Position numbers and translations under genes: made by a program. The notes below the pieces were generated by a model. That model had not been told where the DNA came from. It saw only the letters and a list, made by a program, of their open reading frames with translations, and ran no database searches. A stretch of 25,860 nt of DNA, taken from a virus (Duplodnaviria; Caudoviricetes). The stretch is taken from the IMG/VR virus record IMGVR_UViG_3300033076_000939, positions 1-25,860 of that record, one strand, 5' to 3'. The first letter of the stretch is position 1. Each line of letters begins with the position of its first letter. This document shows, piece by piece, positions 25,759 to 25,860 of the stretch.

Positions 25759-25830
25759 ACCGGGATGGAGAAGCGGCATCTCGTTTGGCTCATAACCATA
25801 AGATCGTGGGTTCGAGTCCCACTCCCGGCA
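25759..25830 (+). tRNA. tRNA-Met (CAT), initiator-like, atypical anticodon stem, CCA not encoded
   Basis: Cloverleaf ACCGGGA-TG-GAGA AGCGGCA TCTC-G-TTTGG CTCATAA CCATA-AGATC-GTGGG TTCGAGT CCCAC-TCCCGGC-A, followed by CTA. Confidence 0.9.
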
Positions 25831-25860
25831 CTAGGGCAAGTTGTTACTTTTACAGGAGTC

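Larger units (their letters stand above)
1..25860 (+). mobile_element. Tailed phage/prophage packaging and virion morphogenesis region (podovirus-like tail)
   Basis: terL with full ATPase and nuclease motifs, portal-sized ORF, adaptor/nozzle-like ORFs and large internal virion proteins. All genes are co-oriented with coupled stops/starts. No host housekeeping genes, integrase or att site seen. Confidence 0.93.

Noticed and set aside
25759-25860. tRNA as host integration site (prophage boundary)
   Set aside because: No integrase or duplicated tRNA 3' end in the window, and the tRNA is atypical and co-oriented behind a phage-type motif. Flanking sequence is needed to exclude it.
1-25860. CRISPR array, diversity-generating retroelement or stop-codon reassignment
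   Set aside because: No regularly spaced repeats, reverse transcriptase or template/variable repeat pair noticed by eye. TAA, TAG and TGA all end well-supported genes under the standard code.

Overview
The window is a gene-dense, entirely plus-strand segment of a tailed bacteriophage or prophage with podovirus-like (P22/T7-type) tail architecture. Many genes are translationally coupled by TAATG/ATGA overlaps. Several protein motifs suggest a Planctomycetota host (inference from recalled motif similarity only). Gene order: end of a LamG-like protein; a 754-aa tail/receptor-binding-like protein; a membrane/secreted cassette (holin-like protein, small membrane and Cys-rich peptides, signal-peptide protein, papain-like C1 cysteine peptidase, CAP/SCP protein) with no recognisable endolysin; two tandem paralogous Cx2Hx10Cx2C zinc-finger genes; terS-like gene; terL; portal; FmdB zinc ribbon; tail adaptor; a tail nozzle that appears split into a 60-aa N-terminal gene and an 843-aa gene with four genes in between; four probable internal virion (ejection) proteins; then a promoter, a candidate ~170-nt structured RNA and an atypical initiator-like tRNA-Met(CAT). 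No major capsid or scaffold gene is recognisable at the usual position after the portal. All protein calls come from motifs read by eye; no database searches were run.
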